A stretch of DNA of 61,008 nucleotides, filler included. It is 4 parts of 4 records of this genome, joined end to end, with 100 filler letters (N's around TTAATTAATTAA, not from the genome) between each part and the next. Parts side by side here need not be neighbours in the genome. Positions count along the whole stretch, not along the records: positions 38,621 to 47,739 come from DRR723986_8131; positions 47,840 to 61,008 come from DRR723986_8133; 2 more parts are not named here. The stretch is one strand, 5' to 3'. Position 1 is the first letter of the stretch, and every line of letters starts with the position of its first letter. Below are positions 41,843 to 50,886 of the stretch, piece after piece. The translations under genes were made by a program, and so were the position numbers. The notes under the pieces are model-generated. The model was not told the DNA's origin. It ran no database searches and saw only the letters and a program-made list of their open reading frames with translations.

Positions 41843-42343
41843 TCAGTTTGCGATGCTTTGCAGATAGGCAATCACGTTTGCGCGGTCTGTCGGCTTTTTC
41901 AGACCGGCGAAACCCATTGTGGTGCCCGGCGCATAGTTTTTAGGGCTCTCAAGGAAACCGCTCAGGTTTTCTGGGGTCCATGCGCCTTCCAGACCGGTCA
42001 AGGCGCCGGAGTACCCAAACCCATCAACCGCGGCGATGTCGCGGTCAACAACAGCATAGAGGTGTGGACCAACGGCATTGGCGCCATCTTCGACCTTGTG
42101 ACAGGCCGTGCATTTCTTGAACACTTTGGCGCCCTTGTCGACATCGGCTTCGGCCATCATGGCGGCAAAGTCGATCTCTTCTTCTGGCTCGGCCTCGCCA
42201 CCGGCAACTTCAATCACATAGGACTGTTCGCCATGCGCTTCGGCATGATAAATCTCTTCGGCCGCCCATTTGCCCAGAAGCAGGATCAGCCACGCGCCAA
42301 ACAGGCCGCCGGCAATTTTGGTCAGTGTCATTGTATCGAACAT
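41843..42343 (-). CDS. cycM: Membrane-anchored class I cytochrome c (CycM/cy-like)
   Basis: N-terminal TM, acidic linker, CTACH heme motif, VGPHLY, PGTTMGF. Confidence 0.88.
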   Translation of the reverse strand: MFDTMTLTKIAGGLFGAWLILLLGKWAAEEIYHAEAHGEQSYVIEVAGGEAEPEEEIDFAAMMAEADVDKGAKVFKKCTACHKVEDGANAVGPHLYAVVDRDIAAVDGFGYSGALTGLEGAWTPENLSGFLESPKNYAPGTTMGFAGLKKPTDRANVIAYLQSIAN

Positions 42344-42471
42344 GGCATAGGTCCAGTGTTTTGGTATCAAGCGTCGTTTTGCGCGTATCTATTGCTTTCC
42401 CTTGTCGCAAGCAAGGTGTAGTTACCGCGACCATTCGCCCATCCTCCGATATTTTACAACGGATTGCGTTC

Positions 42472-43314
42472 ATGAGTGCCAAAACCACCCCCCGTATCGC
42501 CTTTCAAGGTGCCTTGGGTGCCTACAGCCACGAGGCCTGCCTGCAGGCCCGGCCTGAGATGATTCCCGTGCCATGCCTCACATTCGAAGAGGTGATCCGC
42601 GCGGTGAAAGAAGGCCATGCCGATCTGGCGATGCTGCCGGTGGAGAACACGACCTATGGGCGGGTTGCCGATATTCACAGACTGCTGCCCGAAAGTGGCC
42701 TGCACATTGTCGGAGAGGCCTTTGTGCGCGTGCGCATTGCGCTGATGGCCAAGCCGGGCGTGAAGCTGGAGGACATCAAACATGTCCGCGCCCATCTGGT
42801 CTTGCTGCCGCAGGCCCGGACGTTCCTGAATGCCCATGGCATCAGCTCAGAACCGGCTGCCGACAGCGCAGGCGCGGCGGCAGATCTGGCTGCCTCGGAC
42901 TGCATGACCGAAGGGGTTCTGGCCAGTGAGGTCGCAGCAGACATTCACGGGCTTGAGGTTCTGGCGCGGGATATCGAAGATCTTGACCACAACACCACCC
43001 GATTTCTGCTGATGTCCCCCGAAATCGACGAGAGCCGCCGCGGTGACAAAATGCTGACGACCTTCATCTTTGAGGTCCGCAACATTCCTGCTGCTTTGTA
43101 CAAGGGTATGGGCGGGTTTGCGACCAACGGCGTGAACATGACCAAGCTGGAAAGCTATATGGTGGGCGGGTCTTTCACCGCGACGCAGTTTTATGCCGAC
43201 ATCGAAGGCCACCCCGAAGACCCACCCGTGCGCCGCGCGCTTGAGGAATTGGATTACTTCACCAACATGCTTGAGATCCTTGGGGTTTACCCGGCTGATG
43301 CCGATCGCGGCTGA
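42472..43314 (+). CDS. pheA: Prephenate dehydratase
   Basis: IAFQGALGAYSH, PVENTTYG, NTTRF, ACT domain NMTKLESY. Confidence 0.95.
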   Translation: MSAKTTPRIAFQGALGAYSHEACLQARPEMIPVPCLTFEEVIRAVKEGHADLAMLPVENTTYGRVADIHRLLPESGLHIVGEAFVRVRIALMAKPGVKLEDIKHVRAHLVLLPQARTFLNAHGISSEPAADSAGAAADLAASDCMTEGVLASEVAADIHGLEVLARDIEDLDHNTTRFLLMSPEIDESRRGDKMLTTFIFEVRNIPAALYKGMGGFATNGVNMTKLESYMVGGSFTATQFYADIEGHPEDPPVRRALEELDYFTNMLEILGVYPADADRG

Positions 43315-43317
43315 TCG

Positions 43318-44118
43318 TCAGAGGGTCAGCACCAGCGGACAATGGTCTGAGACCTCTGGCGTGTAGATCACGTCAAATTCCGCGGTCCCATCATAACCGC
43401 GCACCAACATGTAATCCGCAAACCGGCCCGGTTTGAGATATTGCGCGGTGCGGGTGCCGGGATAATTGCGGGATGTCACCAGTTCTTCAAATCCGGCTTG
43501 CCGCATCAAGGCCAGCGTTTCGCTTTCCGGCTCTACGTTGAAGTCGCCGCAGATCACTGCGATGTCATCTGTCTGCACGACGCTGTCAAACAGCGCCAGC
43601 ATAGCGCGCGCCTGCGCTTTGCGTTCCTCCGTATCCATCTTGCCGCGCAAATCGCGCAACCCGTGCATATGCCCGACCGTCACGCTGCGGCCCATATCAT
43701 GGTCATGAACCCGCACCACATGGGCACTGCGCGATCGCGGGTGATCGCCATAACCGTCTGTACCATAGGTCTTGTGCACAAAACCTTGCGCTTGACCGAT
43801 CACAGGCAAATCACGGCTGACGAAGGTTGCCAGCCCCCATTGGGACGGCACAGATGTATCGCCATCCCACAGAACGCCCTGCGCGGCGGGGCAAAAACTG
43901 GCCGTATGGGAGGGCAGAACCGCACACACATCAGCAAAGAAATTCGCCCGCTGCGGCAAGACATGATCGCCGTCACGGTAGGTCAACTCCGGCTCTGAGG
44001 TTGCCGGGCTGTGGACCACCTCTTGCAGACACAAGATGTCCGGCTGTTCATGTTTCAGATAGGGCAAAAGTGCATCATGCATCTTGCCGCCCCAACCGTT
44101 CAGGCACATAATTTTCAT
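43318..44118 (-). CDS. Endonuclease/exonuclease/phosphatase (EEP) family protein
   Basis: CLNGWGG, LCLQEV, CGDFN, ADY, VSDHCPL. Confidence 0.9.
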   Translation of the reverse strand: MKIMCLNGWGGKMHDALLPYLKHEQPDILCLQEVVHSPATSEPELTYRDGDHVLPQRANFFADVCAVLPSHTASFCPAAQGVLWDGDTSVPSQWGLATFVSRDLPVIGQAQGFVHKTYGTDGYGDHPRSRSAHVVRVHDHDMGRSVTVGHMHGLRDLRGKMDTEERKAQARAMLALFDSVVQTDDIAVICGDFNVEPESETLALMRQAGFEELVTSRNYPGTRTAQYLKPGRFADYMLVRGYDGTAEFDVIYTPEVSDHCPLVLTL

Positions 44119-44161
44119 CTGGTTTGCCCTCGGATCATCGGCACAGATTGCGGGTCTGATC

Positions 44162-44629
44162 TCAGGTCTGCTTGAGATACCGCTCTTCCATCGTGGTGGC
44201 ATAATCGGCCACACGCAGTTTGTATTTTTTGGTCAGCGAAGCCTTGGCAAGTTTAAGAGATTGCACAAACAACCGCGCACTGAGGTTTTTTGGCTTGATC
44301 TCAAGCTCAACCCTGACCCGCGTCCTGGAACGCGACAATGCAATCAGTTCAAAGCGCATTTCACCGTTCAGTCCCTGCGAGGTGCTGTGAATCACCATCT
44401 CATTGGGGCGATCAAACTGCACCATTTCGATCTGCATTTCGCGGCGTTTTCCGCGCAGTTCAAACACCGCAGTCCATTGCATCCCGACGCCGGGATCATC
44501 CAAACGATCCACGCGCCGCACATCCGCGCCGCGCCGCATCGCCGCCCGTTCAAAGCCTTCAAAGTCGCACAACATCGCAAAAACCGCTTCAATCGGAGCT
44601 TCGACGTCTTCTCGTGTTGAAAACTTCAT
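44162..44629 (-). CDS. SRPBCC/START-fold protein
   Basis: VEAPIEAVFAMLCDFE N-terminus, beta-rich core, C-terminal helix. Confidence 0.75.
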   Translation of the reverse strand: MKFSTREDVEAPIEAVFAMLCDFEGFERAAMRRGADVRRVDRLDDPGVGMQWTAVFELRGKRREMQIEMVQFDRPNEMVIHSTSQGLNGEMRFELIALSRSRTRVRVELEIKPKNLSARLFVQSLKLAKASLTKKYKLRVADYATTMEERYLKQT

Positions 44630-44688
44630 CGGTCTGCCTTGTCTCTTCGCCAACTTGTCTGCGTTAACGTTCGTTTAACACATTCACC

Positions 44689-45657
44689 TCAATCCAGCGT
44701 ATCCGCAAGCCAATTTTCCAGCAGGAAATGTGCGATCGCCCCCTTGCGAGCAGGCAAAAGTTTGGGGTGGTTTCCGGCAAAAACATCCATCATATCTTCG
44801 CGGCTGACCCAAAGCGCATCCTCAATTTCCACCGGATCAATGGTGATCTTGTCATCAAGAGCTTCACCTTGACAGCCAAACATTAACGAAGCCGGAAAAG
44901 GCCAGGGTTGGCTGGCAAGATAACTGACTGCCCCCACCGGCACGCCTGCCTCTTCGAACACTTCGCGGCGCACGGCAGCCTCAAGCGTCTCACCCGGTTC
45001 CACAAATCCTGCCAGCAACGAATACATCCCCTCCGGCCAACCCGGCGAGCGGCCCATGAGCACCGAATTCCCATGGGTGATGAGCATGATCACAACAGGG
45101 TCCGTGCGCGGGAAATGCGAGGCATTGCACGCCGGGCAAGTCCGCTGCCAGCCGCCATGGGTGATGTCAGACGCCGCTCCGCAAACCGCGCAGAACCCGT
45201 GAATGTCATGCCAACCAATGATCGCCTTACCGGTCGCGGCCAGTTCCGCATCACGGGGCGACAGCCATGTCATAATGCGCCGCAATTCATAAAACCCCAT
45301 GCTGTCGGGCAGGGTCGGATGGCGCTGTTCGGAGGGGTCAAGGAAGGCACCCAAGGATGCCTCATCAAGGCCCTCAGGCACCCAAGGCGACAGATCGAAT
45401 GCAAACCGCGGCCCGCCATCTTCGCGGCCCAAAAGGATCGGATCGGCCTCTGCTTCGGTCAAAACCGCGTGATCCATCGGTAGCCGGACCAATTGCGAAG
45501 GTCGTTCTGGCGAGATCAACACCTTGCCTCGCCAAAACAGGATCGCGCGGGCATCTGGATGCTGGCGCGCCTCGGTCAACGCTTTGGGATCGCTGCGAAT
45601 TTCGCCTGCACGGTCCAAGGCAGACCCGCCAAAGGTCACCTGTTCTGCATTTTTCAT
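44689..45657 (-). CDS. nudC: NAD(H) diphosphatase / NAD-cap decapping enzyme
   Basis: Zn finger CAVC/CPAC, Nudix box GFVEPGETLEAAVRREVFEEAG, SQPWPFPAS; AGGAG RBS. Confidence 0.95.
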   Translation of the reverse strand: MKNAEQVTFGGSALDRAGEIRSDPKALTEARQHPDARAILFWRGKVLISPERPSQLVRLPMDHAVLTEAEADPILLGREDGGPRFAFDLSPWVPEGLDEASLGAFLDPSEQRHPTLPDSMGFYELRRIMTWLSPRDAELAATGKAIIGWHDIHGFCAVCGAASDITHGGWQRTCPACNASHFPRTDPVVIMLITHGNSVLMGRSPGWPEGMYSLLAGFVEPGETLEAAVRREVFEEAGVPVGAVSYLASQPWPFPASLMFGCQGEALDDKITIDPVEIEDALWVSREDMMDVFAGNHPKLLPARKGAIAHFLLENWLADTLD

Positions 45658-45813
45658 CCCGTGCTCCTGCTGACAATCACTCTGCTCAATGCATAGGAAT
45701 GCACCATGGTCAGCCCAAGGGCAATCGGATGCTGTCACTTGACGGAGTTGTGAGAGATATGCACAACTCAATCTTTAGTGGATTAAATCAACTTGTTCTG
45801 CCGGTGGGCGTGT

Positions 45814-47652
45814 ATGACCGCATTTCACACAGAATTCTCGGCGCCGCCCCTCGGCCCGGATGACCACAGGGCTCCGACAGTCGGTCTTCGGATTCTGGCC
45901 ACCACCGATCTGCATCTGCAACTGCACGGCTATGACTACAACGCCAACACCCAAGGTCGGCATTTTGGTTTGGCTGGCCTTGCGCCCCAGATCCGCGCGG
46001 CCCGCGCCGAGGCCCAGCAAAAGGGGATGGCCTGCGTGCTGTTTGACAACGGCGATGTCCTGCAAGGTGGCGCATTGGGCGCTTTCCTCGCGGCGCAACC
46101 GGTGACGGACAAACATCCATTGGTCCAGGCGCTGAACACCATCGGCTATGATGCCATCGGGGTTGGCAATCACGATCTGGATTTTGGCCTGCCCTATCTC
46201 AATGCAATTGCTGATCATCTGGAAATGCCAATGATCGCCAGCAATCTGCGAGGACCGGCGGCATCGACCATTCAGCGCAGTGCAATCGTAAATGTGACCC
46301 CGCCTTCACGCGGGTCAAATCCTGCCGTTCCACTTAAAGTAGGCGTACTGTCCGTCTTGCCGCGCGGCACGGATCACTGGAACGCCAATGTCCTGTCAGG
46401 ACAGGCCTCGGTACAAGAGTATCACAAAACCATCCACCGCGCTGTCCCTGCCCTGCGCAGCGCCGGTGCAGATGTGATTGTTCTACTGGCGCACCTGGGT
46501 AGTTCAGAATTTCACTCCGAAACCGGGACAGACCTTGCCCTTGCGTCGATACCCGGAATTGATGCTGTGGTTTTGGGCCATACCCATGAAACATTCCCAC
46601 CCTCACCAAGCGCTTGCGACCACAACAGCCCCGCAGGCCGGATCGGCGGGCGCCCAGCCATCATGCCCGGACATCACGGGTCACATCTGGGAGTGTTGGA
46701 CATCACGCTGCAATCAGGCACCGATCAGCGTTGGCGTGTCTGCGCCCATCGAGCCGAATTGCGGGAGAACAAATCATCCCCCTGCAAAAACCTGTTGTCC
46801 GCCTCAGCGCAGATGCATGGCTTGGTTCGGCGCCATCTGGAAGAGCCGATTGGGCAGCTTGATCACCGGGTACACAACTACTTTTCCTTTGCCGCGCCCA
46901 CGCGGACCTGCGCCATGATTGCCCAAGCCAAACGGGCCGCCATCACGGATCAGTTGCACGGCAGCGCAAATGCGGGTCTGCCCCTGGTCGTTGCCGTTTC
47001 GGCCCAAACCGCTGGCGGGCGCAACGGCGCTGAGAACTTTTTGGATATTGCGCCCGGCCCATTCCTGCGGCGCGATCTCACCGCGCTTTGCCCGCATGAC
47101 AATGAGATCTGGGCGCTGCGTGCGACGGGCGGCGACATTCGCGGCTGGCTAGAACACGCTGCAACGGTGTTTCAGACCTTGCAACCGGACAAGCCGGATC
47201 AGATGTTGCTGCATCCCGGCACTGCCCCCTTTCATTTTCTCACAATGTTTGGCCTGCACTACACGATTGATCCGTCAAAGCCTGTCGGCAATCGGATCAG
47301 CAAGTTGCGCAGTGATCACGGCCCTTTGCTGGCATCGGATACTGTTATTCTGGTCACAGACCAGTTCCGCGCGGGCGGCGGCGGTGGATACCCCGCTTTT
47401 GATGGGCAAAGCGTGCTTGTCCGCCATGACGTTTTACTGCACAGCGCAGTGGAAAACATGACCTGCCATCATGGTGGTCTGGCGGGTGATCTATGGAAAC
47501 ACCCTTGGGCGCTAAAAACATCCGCCCCTGCAAAGGCGATTTTGCAAACCGCGCCAAGGGCAAAACCATACCTGCATGAGATCGGGCATCTAAACCCGAT
47601 GGAAAGCGGCATATCGAAAGAGGGCTTTTTGCAAATACGCCTGTCGCTCTGA
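45814..47652 (+). CDS. CpdB-like 2',3'-cyclic-nucleotide phosphodiesterase/nucleotidase without obvious signal peptide
   Basis: TTDLH, DNGDVLQG, GNHDLDFG, LAHLG, GHTH; C-terminal 5'-nucleotidase domain with FRAGGGGGY. Confidence 0.85.
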   Translation: MTAFHTEFSAPPLGPDDHRAPTVGLRILATTDLHLQLHGYDYNANTQGRHFGLAGLAPQIRAARAEAQQKGMACVLFDNGDVLQGGALGAFLAAQPVTDKHPLVQALNTIGYDAIGVGNHDLDFGLPYLNAIADHLEMPMIASNLRGPAASTIQRSAIVNVTPPSRGSNPAVPLKVGVLSVLPRGTDHWNANVLSGQASVQEYHKTIHRAVPALRSAGADVIVLLAHLGSSEFHSETGTDLALASIPGIDAVVLGHTHETFPPSPSACDHNSPAGRIGGRPAIMPGHHGSHLGVLDITLQSGTDQRWRVCAHRAELRENKSSPCKNLLSASAQMHGLVRRHLEEPIGQLDHRVHNYFSFAAPTRTCAMIAQAKRAAITDQLHGSANAGLPLVVAVSAQTAGGRNGAENFLDIAPGPFLRRDLTALCPHDNEIWALRATGGDIRGWLEHAATVFQTLQPDKPDQMLLHPGTAPFHFLTMFGLHYTIDPSKPVGNRISKLRSDHGPLLASDTVILVTDQFRAGGGGGYPAFDGQSVLVRHDVLLHSAVENMTCHHGGLAGDLWKHPWALKTSAPAKAILQTAPRAKPYLHEIGHLNPMESGISKEGFLQIRLSL

Positions 47653-47655
47653 CGC

Positions 47656-47684
47656 TTGCGCTTGCCGCGGCGGCGTCCTATATG
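47656..47684 (+). promoter_or_regulatory. Sigma-70-like promoter of ffs
   Basis: TTGCGC-N17-TATATG ending about 7 nt before the RNA 5' end. Confidence 0.55.
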
Positions 47685-47690
47685 GACGGC

Positions 47691-47739
47691 GAGAGGTTGG
47701 TGCGGGCAGGCGCCTCGCCAACCCGGTCAGGTCCGGAAG
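47691..47739 (+). ncRNA. ffs: Signal recognition particle (4.5S) RNA, 3'-truncated
   Basis: GAGAGGTTGGTGCGGGCAGGCGCCTCGCCAACCCGGTCAGGTCCGGAAG contains the conserved helix-8 sequence GGTCAGGTCCGGAAG. Confidence 0.88.
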
Positions 47740-47839
47740 NNNNNNNNNNNNNNNNNNNNNNNNNNNNNNNNNNNNNNNNNNNNTTAATTAATTAANNNNN
47801 NNNNNNNNNNNNNNNNNNNNNNNNNNNNNNNNNNNNNNN
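47740..47839. other. Artificial contig spacer
   Basis: 44 N + TTAATTAATTAA + 44 N. Confidence 0.99.
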
Positions 47840-48247
47840 ACGCAGGAAGGTGTACAGTTCTTCGATCAGACCAGAAACAGCAGTCTTCTCGTGCATGGAC
47901 TGGTCAGGCAGCGGGCCGAACTCGGAACGCAGGGCAGCAACCATCCAGCCAGACAGGTACAGGTAACGACGCTTGGTGGTACCGAAGTGCTTCTTGATGG
48001 AGATCATCTTCTGCTGGCCGATGAAACCGTGCCAGCAACCCAGAGACTGGGTGTACTTGGAAGAATCGGCATCGTAAGCAGCCATGTCTTCACGCATGAT
48101 CTTGGCGGTGTACTTGGCGATGTCCAGACCAGTCTTGAACTTGTTCTGGGCGCGCATGCGGGCCGCGTGCTTCGGGTTGATGGCGTTCCAGGTCGGGTTC
48201 TGCTTCAGAATGGAAGCGATTTGGTCGACGTCTTGTGCGTAAGGCAT
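47840..48247 (-). CDS. aceA: Isocitrate lyase (Pseudomonas-type), 3'-truncated
   Basis: ARMRAQNKFKTGLDIAKYTA, QSLGCWHGF, YLSGWMVAALRSEFGPLPDQSMHEK. Confidence 0.93.
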
Positions 48248-48558
48248 GGTCTCTATCCTTTCTACGTTTGTGTTCAAAAGGTTCGGAACACTGCTGCCAG
48301 CAGCCTCCGGAGCCAGCCACCGGCCGGGACAACCGGGCTGGTGGTGACGTTGGGCGTAACTTTAGTGCTTTCGAATTTATAATTGAAATTTATATGGTGT
48401 ATTTTCGGCATTTTTTAAATGAATACACATAATCCCTGCCGACAGGCTGAAGGCCTATTATTGAGGCGGGTCATTTCGGGCAAACTACAGCGTGCTATGA
48501 TTCAGGCACTTGACCCAGATCAGCAACCTCCCTCACCCACGGGCTACAGGGGCATTCT

Positions 48559-50046
48559 GTGTTCTACGTCCGCGCCTTCAGTCATTCACTCCTGCACGCA
48601 CTGAAGAACCTGCTTCCCATTGTGGTCGTGGTGGCGTTCTTTCAGATCGCCATTCTCCAGCAGGTGCCAGAGAACCTGTTCAGCAAGGTTGCCGGCCTGT
48701 TTGTGGTTGCCATCGGTGTTGCCCTGTTTCTGCAAGGGCTCGAGCTCAGCATCTTCCCGCTGGGAAAGAGCCTGTCGAATCAGTTTGCCCGGCGCGGTTC
48801 CCTGGTCATTCTCCTGGCCTTCGGCTTTGCCATGGGCTTCTCTGCGGTAATTGCCGAGCCAGCCCTGATTGCCGTGGCCGAGCAGGCACAAACCATCAGC
48901 GGGGGGCGAATCGACAGCCTGACACTCCGGGTACTGGTAGCACTATCCGTGGGTTGCGTGGTGGCCCTCGGCGTTTTCCGGACCATTTTCGGCTACCCGA
49001 TACACTGGTTCATGATTGTCGGCTACATCATCGTGGTGATCGTCACCTGGTTTGCACCCGAAGAAATCGTCGGTCTGGCCTACGATTCCGGCGGTGTCAC
49101 CACCAATGTTGTGACCGTGCCGCTGATTGCCGCGTTGGGCATAGGTCTGGCTGCGTCGATCCGAGGCCGGAACCCGCTGATTGACGGTTTCGGACTGGTC
49201 GCACTGGCGGTGATGGTACCGATGGTCACCGTGCAGGTTTACGGCATGTTGGTGTACTCAGGTTCTGCCGAAGCCGAGGGTGTCCCGCTCTCACCAGATG
49301 TCGGAGAAACCAAGCCTTCCGGCGTGGTCGGCGCACTGCTGGACCTGGTCACCATGATTCGGGATGTTCTGCCCATCATCATTACGGTGCTCTTCTTTCA
49401 GTATCTGGTACTGCGCCGCAAACTTCCCAATCCACGCAAGGTCATCTTTGGTTTTACCTTGGTGATTCTGGGGCTTTATGCCTTTGTGATCGGTCTCAAG
49501 ATGGGGTTGTTTCCGATTGGTACCAGCATGGCCGAACAACTGACGGCCAGAGACAACTATCTTTACGTGTACCTCTTTGCACTGATGATCGGCTTTGCCA
49601 CGACCATGGCGGAACCGGCGCTGATCGCCATCGGCAGACAGGCGGAAGAAGCCGCCGGGGGAACCCTGAACGGCAATGTCATTCGCATACTGGTGGCGGT
49701 CGGGGTAGCCGTCGGCATCACTATCGGCGTTCACCGGATCATCACCGGCGACTCCATTCACTACTACATCATGGGCGGCTATATTCTGGTCGTCGGCCTG
49801 ACCCTGATTGCGCCCCGCTACATCATCGCGCTGGCCTATGATCTGGGTGGGGTCACCACGTCGGAAGTAACCGTCCCTCTGGTTACCGCCCTGGGCATTG
49901 GCCTGGCCAGCAGTATCGACGGACGCAGCATTCTCATCGACGGCTTCGGGCTGATTGCCTTTGCTTCAATCTTTCCTATCGTAACGGTGATGGCCTACGC
50001 CATCGTATCCCAGTATCTTGCAGAACCACGTAAGGAGACACCATGA
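48559..50046 (+). CDS. DUF1538 tandem-domain membrane protein (putative transporter)
   Basis: Two homologous halves, each with AEPAL, AYD(S/L)GGVTT..VTVPL and IDGFGL; highly hydrophobic; extended -10 TGcTATGAT at 48493-48501. Confidence 0.85.
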   Translation: MFYVRAFSHSLLHALKNLLPIVVVVAFFQIAILQQVPENLFSKVAGLFVVAIGVALFLQGLELSIFPLGKSLSNQFARRGSLVILLAFGFAMGFSAVIAEPALIAVAEQAQTISGGRIDSLTLRVLVALSVGCVVALGVFRTIFGYPIHWFMIVGYIIVVIVTWFAPEEIVGLAYDSGGVTTNVVTVPLIAALGIGLAASIRGRNPLIDGFGLVALAVMVPMVTVQVYGMLVYSGSAEAEGVPLSPDVGETKPSGVVGALLDLVTMIRDVLPIIITVLFFQYLVLRRKLPNPRKVIFGFTLVILGLYAFVIGLKMGLFPIGTSMAEQLTARDNYLYVYLFALMIGFATTMAEPALIAIGRQAEEAAGGTLNGNVIRILVAVGVAVGITIGVHRIITGDSIHYYIMGGYILVVGLTLIAPRYIIALAYDLGGVTTSEVTVPLVTALGIGLASSIDGRSILIDGFGLIAFASIFPIVTVMAYAIVSQYLAEPRKETP

Positions 50047-50393
50047 AATTCTCGGCACTGGTGGCCATCGTTCCTGAAGACCTGGAGCAAGAGTGTATTG
50101 ATTCTGCCCGGGATTGCGGTGCCGGAGGAATCACTGTGATGTCCGGCCGGGGCATCAGCAATACCGCGAAAAAAACGTTCTTCGGCCTCACCTATGACGG
50201 CAGCCAGAGCGTGTTACTGATGGTGCTGGAGAAAGGGTTGTCGCTGGACGTACTGAAAGCCATCCAGAAAGCCATCATGCCGGATGGCAAGGATTCCCAA
50301 GGCATGATCTTTACAGTACCACTGGAACATCTCGGCGGTATCGACATGGCCCAGGTGGAAAGATTTGAACAATACCTGAAAGACTCTCTGTAA
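50043..50393 (+). CDS. PII-like signal transduction protein
   Basis: GAGGITVMSGRG, TFFGL T-loop, QGMIFTVPLE; ATGA overlap with the DUF1538 gene. Confidence 0.85.
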   Translation: MKFSALVAIVPEDLEQECIDSARDCGAGGITVMSGRGISNTAKKTFFGLTYDGSQSVLLMVLEKGLSLDVLKAIQKAIMPDGKDSQGMIFTVPLEHLGGIDMAQVERFEQYLKDSL

Positions 50394-50406
50394 CCGGAGC
50401 ACGATA

Positions 50407-50796
50407 ATGAAACTGGTCAAAGACGTGATGGTGACGGACATCATACGAATCTCCGCCTTCGCCAAGATACGCGAAGCGTTGTCCCTGATGAAACGGCACA
50501 ATGTTAAATCCCTGGTGGTCGACCGCCAGAGCGAGCACGATGCCTGGGGGCTGATTACCTATACCAATATTGTCAAAACCATCATCGCGGAGGACGGGGA
50601 CATTGACCTGCTGAACGTATTTGATGCCTGTGCCAAACCGGTGATCAGCATTGGTGAAAGCCTGAACGCCAGGCACGCCGCCAGCCTCATGATTCGATAC
50701 CGGGTCAAACGACTGTTGGTGGTAGAGAATAATGAACTGCGAGGTTTACTCGTCATGGATGACTTGATGACAGCGTTACTTGACAATATAGACTGA
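50407..50796 (+). CDS. Stand-alone tandem CBS-domain protein
   Basis: VKDVM, ALSLMKRHNVKSLVV, GLIT, RVKRLLVVENNELRGLL. Confidence 0.9.
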   Translation: MKLVKDVMVTDIIRISAFAKIREALSLMKRHNVKSLVVDRQSEHDAWGLITYTNIVKTIIAEDGDIDLLNVFDACAKPVISIGESLNARHAASLMIRYRVKRLLVVENNELRGLLVMDDLMTALLDNID

Positions 50797-50886
50797 GAGC
50801 AGAATGCAGGCTGCTTTCAGGAGTTACACATTAACAACTGACAATCGACGTGGCGCGCAGACAAACTGACTACTCAAATCGCAGCA

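Noticed and set aside
47691-47739. Contig break inside ffs as evidence of an integrated element
   Set aside because: No integrase or att duplication visible; a break in a conserved RNA gene is common in mixed assemblies
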